Source of the DNA: Macrostomum hystrix
Lineage: Eukaryota > Animalia > Platyhelminthes
DNA: 64,000 nt
Assembly: GCA_950097015.1 (NCBI GenBank)
Contig: CATNEN010000038.1
Coordinates: forward strand, 29,760,001-29,824,000
Direction: 5' to 3'
Below are positions 62,701 to 64,000 of this stretch, piece after piece. The translations under genes and the position numbers were made by a program. The notes under the pieces are model-generated. The model saw nothing but the letters and a program-made list of their open reading frames with translations. It did not search any database and was not told the DNA's origin. How positions within the stretch are numbered: position 1 is the stretch's first letter; each line of letters begins with the position of its first letter.

Positions 62701-64000
62701 CCTGAAGGATCTGGGAAGGTCAGATCTCAACGTGAAGGACTTTTAAAGGTCAAATCGCAACCTGAAGGATCTGGGAAGACGAAGTTTAAACAAGACCCGA
62801 ACACCAAAGCACAGTAAAAATGCTTACTTTGCAACAGCCGTCCAAGCAGCAGACATGCAGTCCAACAATCGAGTCAGCAGGCTGGGATCTTGAGCATCAA
62901 ATCCCAACAGGTGTGGCTTCAGAGTTGCTCTAGCCAGGATGGGCCATAAACCATCGTTTGCGACGGCCAGTAGGTCCTTTAAGCAGTCGGCTGCGACAGA
63001 GCCAGTTGACGCTGATGATGAAGAAAGCAGCAGCTGCAGCAGAGCTGCAGTACGCACAATGATCTGGCAGCGAAGTGTGTCAGCGGCAGCCAGCAGCGTT
63101 GAAGACAACGCGGCGTCGTTGAGGCTGGACAATTCGGATTGCAATCTCGGATTCAAAGCCGGATCGGAGGAGTTGAAAAATTCTGCTAATCTACTACATA
63201 GGCGACTGCCGCCAGCCTGACTGCCCAGTAGCTGAGGCGGATCTAGCAATCCAAGGCCAAGAGACCAAAGGTGACACTCCAGGCTGGCTAGGAGAGCGCG
63301 CAATTGACCTAGAGCATGCTGCTGCTGCTGCTGCTGTTGCTGCTGCGTTTGGAATCTGCAGTTGAGTGATTTACAAATACTTTCTAGCGAATACTTGTTA
63401 ATGCATACATTTATTTTATTTCTAAAAAATTAAAACTTATGAATGTCTACACGTAGTACATGCACTATAGCTTAATTCATTTGTAATTTTAGAGCAGTGC
63501 TTTATTAAACCTGCATTTGAATCAAACGTTACTTCGATCCAAATGTAATTTAACTGATATGTACTTTTATCAGGATGCACTTTTATCAGGGTGTATACTT
63601 TTATCTGGATGAACTTTTATCTGGATGTACTTTTATCTGGGTGTACTTTTATCTGGATGTACTTTTATCAGGATGTACTTTTATCTGGGTGTACTTTTAT
63701 CAATATGTTAATTGAATTATTTGTTTTCCCATTAAACTTTACTTTAATAGACCTATACTACTATCTACTTAATTTCTAAAAGTACACCAATCTAAACACC
63801 GCCTGCGAGCACTATACTCACCGCTCCCATCTGTCATAGAAGTAGGCCGGTTCGAACTTTTTTAACAAGGCCTGAAAAAACTGTCTAGGCGTCGACTGTT
63901 GCCGCTTCTCAGGCGACGATGACGCGCCGAGAAGCAGGCATTGAGCCAGGCCGCCGCGCAGACGACTGCGACGATTAGCCGGCGAGCCGTCGTTCACCAG
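29428..64000 (-). CDS. PRKDC: DNA-dependent protein kinase catalytic subunit, 3' ~3,184 aa (5' end beyond window); exons 63822-64000, 62828-63355, 62002-62236, 61049-61141, 60688-60959, 55344-55485, 52099-52173, 51823-51996, 50592-50802, 49496-49838, 48824-49046, 47306-48016, 44875-45029, 44353-44601, 43500-44058, 42377-42991, 41335-41841, 40305-40805, 39141-39596, 38918-39055, 37902-38000, 37451-37709, 36486-36796, 35575-35841, 34370-34876, 32961-33380, 32271-32549, 30880-31555, 29428-29798
   Basis: 29 exons join in consistent phase (9,555 nt). DNA-PKcs motifs: [45 protein letters not shown]...GIDFGYAFG...[11 protein letters not shown], and [24 protein letters not shown]. Confidence 0.95.
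29829..30862. repeat. 16-bp near-perfect minisatellite, last PRKDC intron
   Basis: gggataagatccctac, about 64 copies. Confidence 0.98.
30880..31555 (-). CDS. PRKDC: PRKDC kinase C-lobe exon
   Basis: [13 protein letters not shown]; intact DRHxxN catalytic loop and DFG. Confidence 0.96.
31623..32160. repeat. 28-bp intronic minisatellite
   Basis: agggcgagaaggcgagtgagggttgagt, about 19 copies. Confidence 0.95.
32271..32549 (-). CDS. PRKDC: PRKDC kinase N-lobe exon
   Basis: [44 protein letters not shown]. Confidence 0.95.
32560..32830. repeat. 24-bp intronic minisatellite
   Basis: gatgtgagattagatactgctata, about 11 copies. Confidence 0.95.
33470..34196. repeat. 24-bp intronic minisatellite
   Basis: gttagcgatttaacgaat(t/c)ggtaa, about 30 copies. 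Confidence 0.96.
34950..35540. repeat. ~28-30-bp intronic minisatellite
   Basis: gggatatctgggattcgaaagaaaatct variants. Confidence 0.93.
35965..36405. repeat. Highly degenerate intronic repeat
   Basis: Recurring (a)tgtccat(g/a)gacaatt motif, at least 6 times. Confidence 0.55.
36815..37428. repeat. 30-bp intronic minisatellite
   Basis: gagtgactcggtggagtggtaggttgggta, about 20 copies. Confidence 0.96.
38215..38872. repeat. ~68-bp intronic minisatellite
   Basis: tagtttcagtcgagaaatgccatagactataaacgatgtcagtgggtaagacacggttttaagattcc, about 9.5 copies. Confidence 0.96.
39661..39930 (+). mobile_element. SINE family A copy (intronic, older)
   Basis: gcgtcggactcacga...ttagcaagacacttaactctg...agtccatggact...cagatgcgccgcgc. 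Confidence 0.88.
40890..41318. repeat. 17-21-bp GACA-based intronic minisatellite
   Basis: cacctagaacagacagacaga variants. Confidence 0.93.
41930..42315. repeat. 18-bp intronic minisatellite
   Basis: acagtctgtcaggaattt variants. Confidence 0.92.
42377..42991 (-). CDS. PRKDC: PRKDC exon containing the ABCDE autophosphorylation region
   Basis: [23 protein letters not shown]...MTPLFLETQ. Confidence 0.9.
43040..43460. repeat. ~41-bp degenerate intronic minisatellite
   Basis: gatcgattttgattggtcgagccgaggtgtacacagaagga variants. Confidence 0.85.
44126..44330. repeat. 20-bp intronic minisatellite
   Basis: actctagtatcccattagca, about 10 copies. Confidence 0.94.
44706..44855. repeat. 24-bp intronic minisatellite
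   Basis: ttatctaccaccctacttctcgcc, about 6 copies. Confidence 0.85.
45052..45356 (-). mobile_element. SINE family B copy (intronic)
   Basis: Reverse complement of the 21460-21827 consensus with small deletions. Confidence 0.88.
45585..47240. repeat. 31-bp intronic minisatellite
   Basis: gaaaggggatttgagaaagataggaatctaa, about 50 copies, degenerate at both edges. Confidence 0.97.
47306..48016 (-). CDS. PRKDC: PRKDC exon containing the PQR region; ends at a GC donor
   Basis: [17 protein letters not shown]...[13 protein letters not shown]...[25 protein letters not shown]. Confidence 0.9.
48190..48710. repeat. ~27-bp intronic minisatellite
   Basis: atttagaaatctagggatttttatccc variants. Confidence 0.92.
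49185..49452. repeat. 32-bp G-rich intronic minisatellite
   Basis: gggagatgaggagcggagggaacaggggaggt, about 8 copies. Confidence 0.94.
49862..50102 (-). mobile_element. SINE family A copy (intronic)
   Basis: Minus strand gtagcctagtggttagagcgtcgg...ttagcaagacacttaactctgcattgc...cagtccatggactgaacag. Confidence 0.88.
50243..50555 (-). mobile_element. SINE family B copy (intronic)
   Basis: Reverse complement match to family B, with (ATT)n tail at ~50243-50252. Confidence 0.88.
51045..51800. repeat. 15-bp intronic minisatellite
   Basis: Alternating gaatcgaaggaaatg / gaatcgtagaatctg units. Confidence 0.93.
52213..52418. repeat. 20-bp intronic minisatellite
   Basis: ctatgagctgtgcttctctt, about 10 copies. 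Confidence 0.95.
52563..55310. repeat. 18-bp intronic minisatellite (~2.7 kb)
   Basis: gctacaaccccttact(a/g)g, about 150 copies. Confidence 0.98.
55568..60610. repeat. 25-bp intronic satellite (~5 kb) with higher-order structure
   Basis: ggataagctactcaaacgatcccta, about 200 copies with recurring variant units. Confidence 0.98.
61225..61830. repeat. ~17-19-bp degenerate intronic minisatellite
   Basis: atatcagatcccaaaaa variants. Confidence 0.85.
62350..62780. repeat. 30-bp intronic minisatellite
   Basis: aaggtcaaatcccaacctgaaagatcctag, about 14 copies. Confidence 0.95.
63560..63702. repeat. 16-bp intronic minisatellite
   Basis: gtacttttatctggat, about 8 copies. Confidence 0.88.

Overview
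Eukaryotic (metazoan) genomic DNA with spliceosomal introns. PolyQ/A/S-rich exons, tRNA-derived SINEs and dense intronic minisatellites resemble a Macrostomum-type flatworm genome (an inference, not verifiable here). Left: 5' part of ubiquitin-activating enzyme E1 (UBA1, minus strand), with a predicted NLS-bearing first coding exon at 9161-9268; its ~7 kb first intron holds a decayed mariner and a MITE. Middle (9.6-27.4 kb): transposon debris (DIRS/Ngaro-type tyrosine recombinase, possible integrase, Tc1/mariner C-terminus), two SINE families and three genes with no recognisable homologue: a secreted Cys-rich defensin-like peptide with an in-frame TGA, a ~589 aa secreted Arg/Lys-rich protein and a 690 aa plus-strand gene. 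Right (29.4-64 kb): the 3' ~3,180 codons of DNA-PKcs (PRKDC, minus strand) in 29 frame-consistent exons, one with a GC-AG intron. The most striking structure is that 22 of the 28 PRKDC introns each carry their own minisatellite family (units 15-68 bp). Exon boundaries were derived by hand and comparisons with human proteins are from memory; no searches were run.
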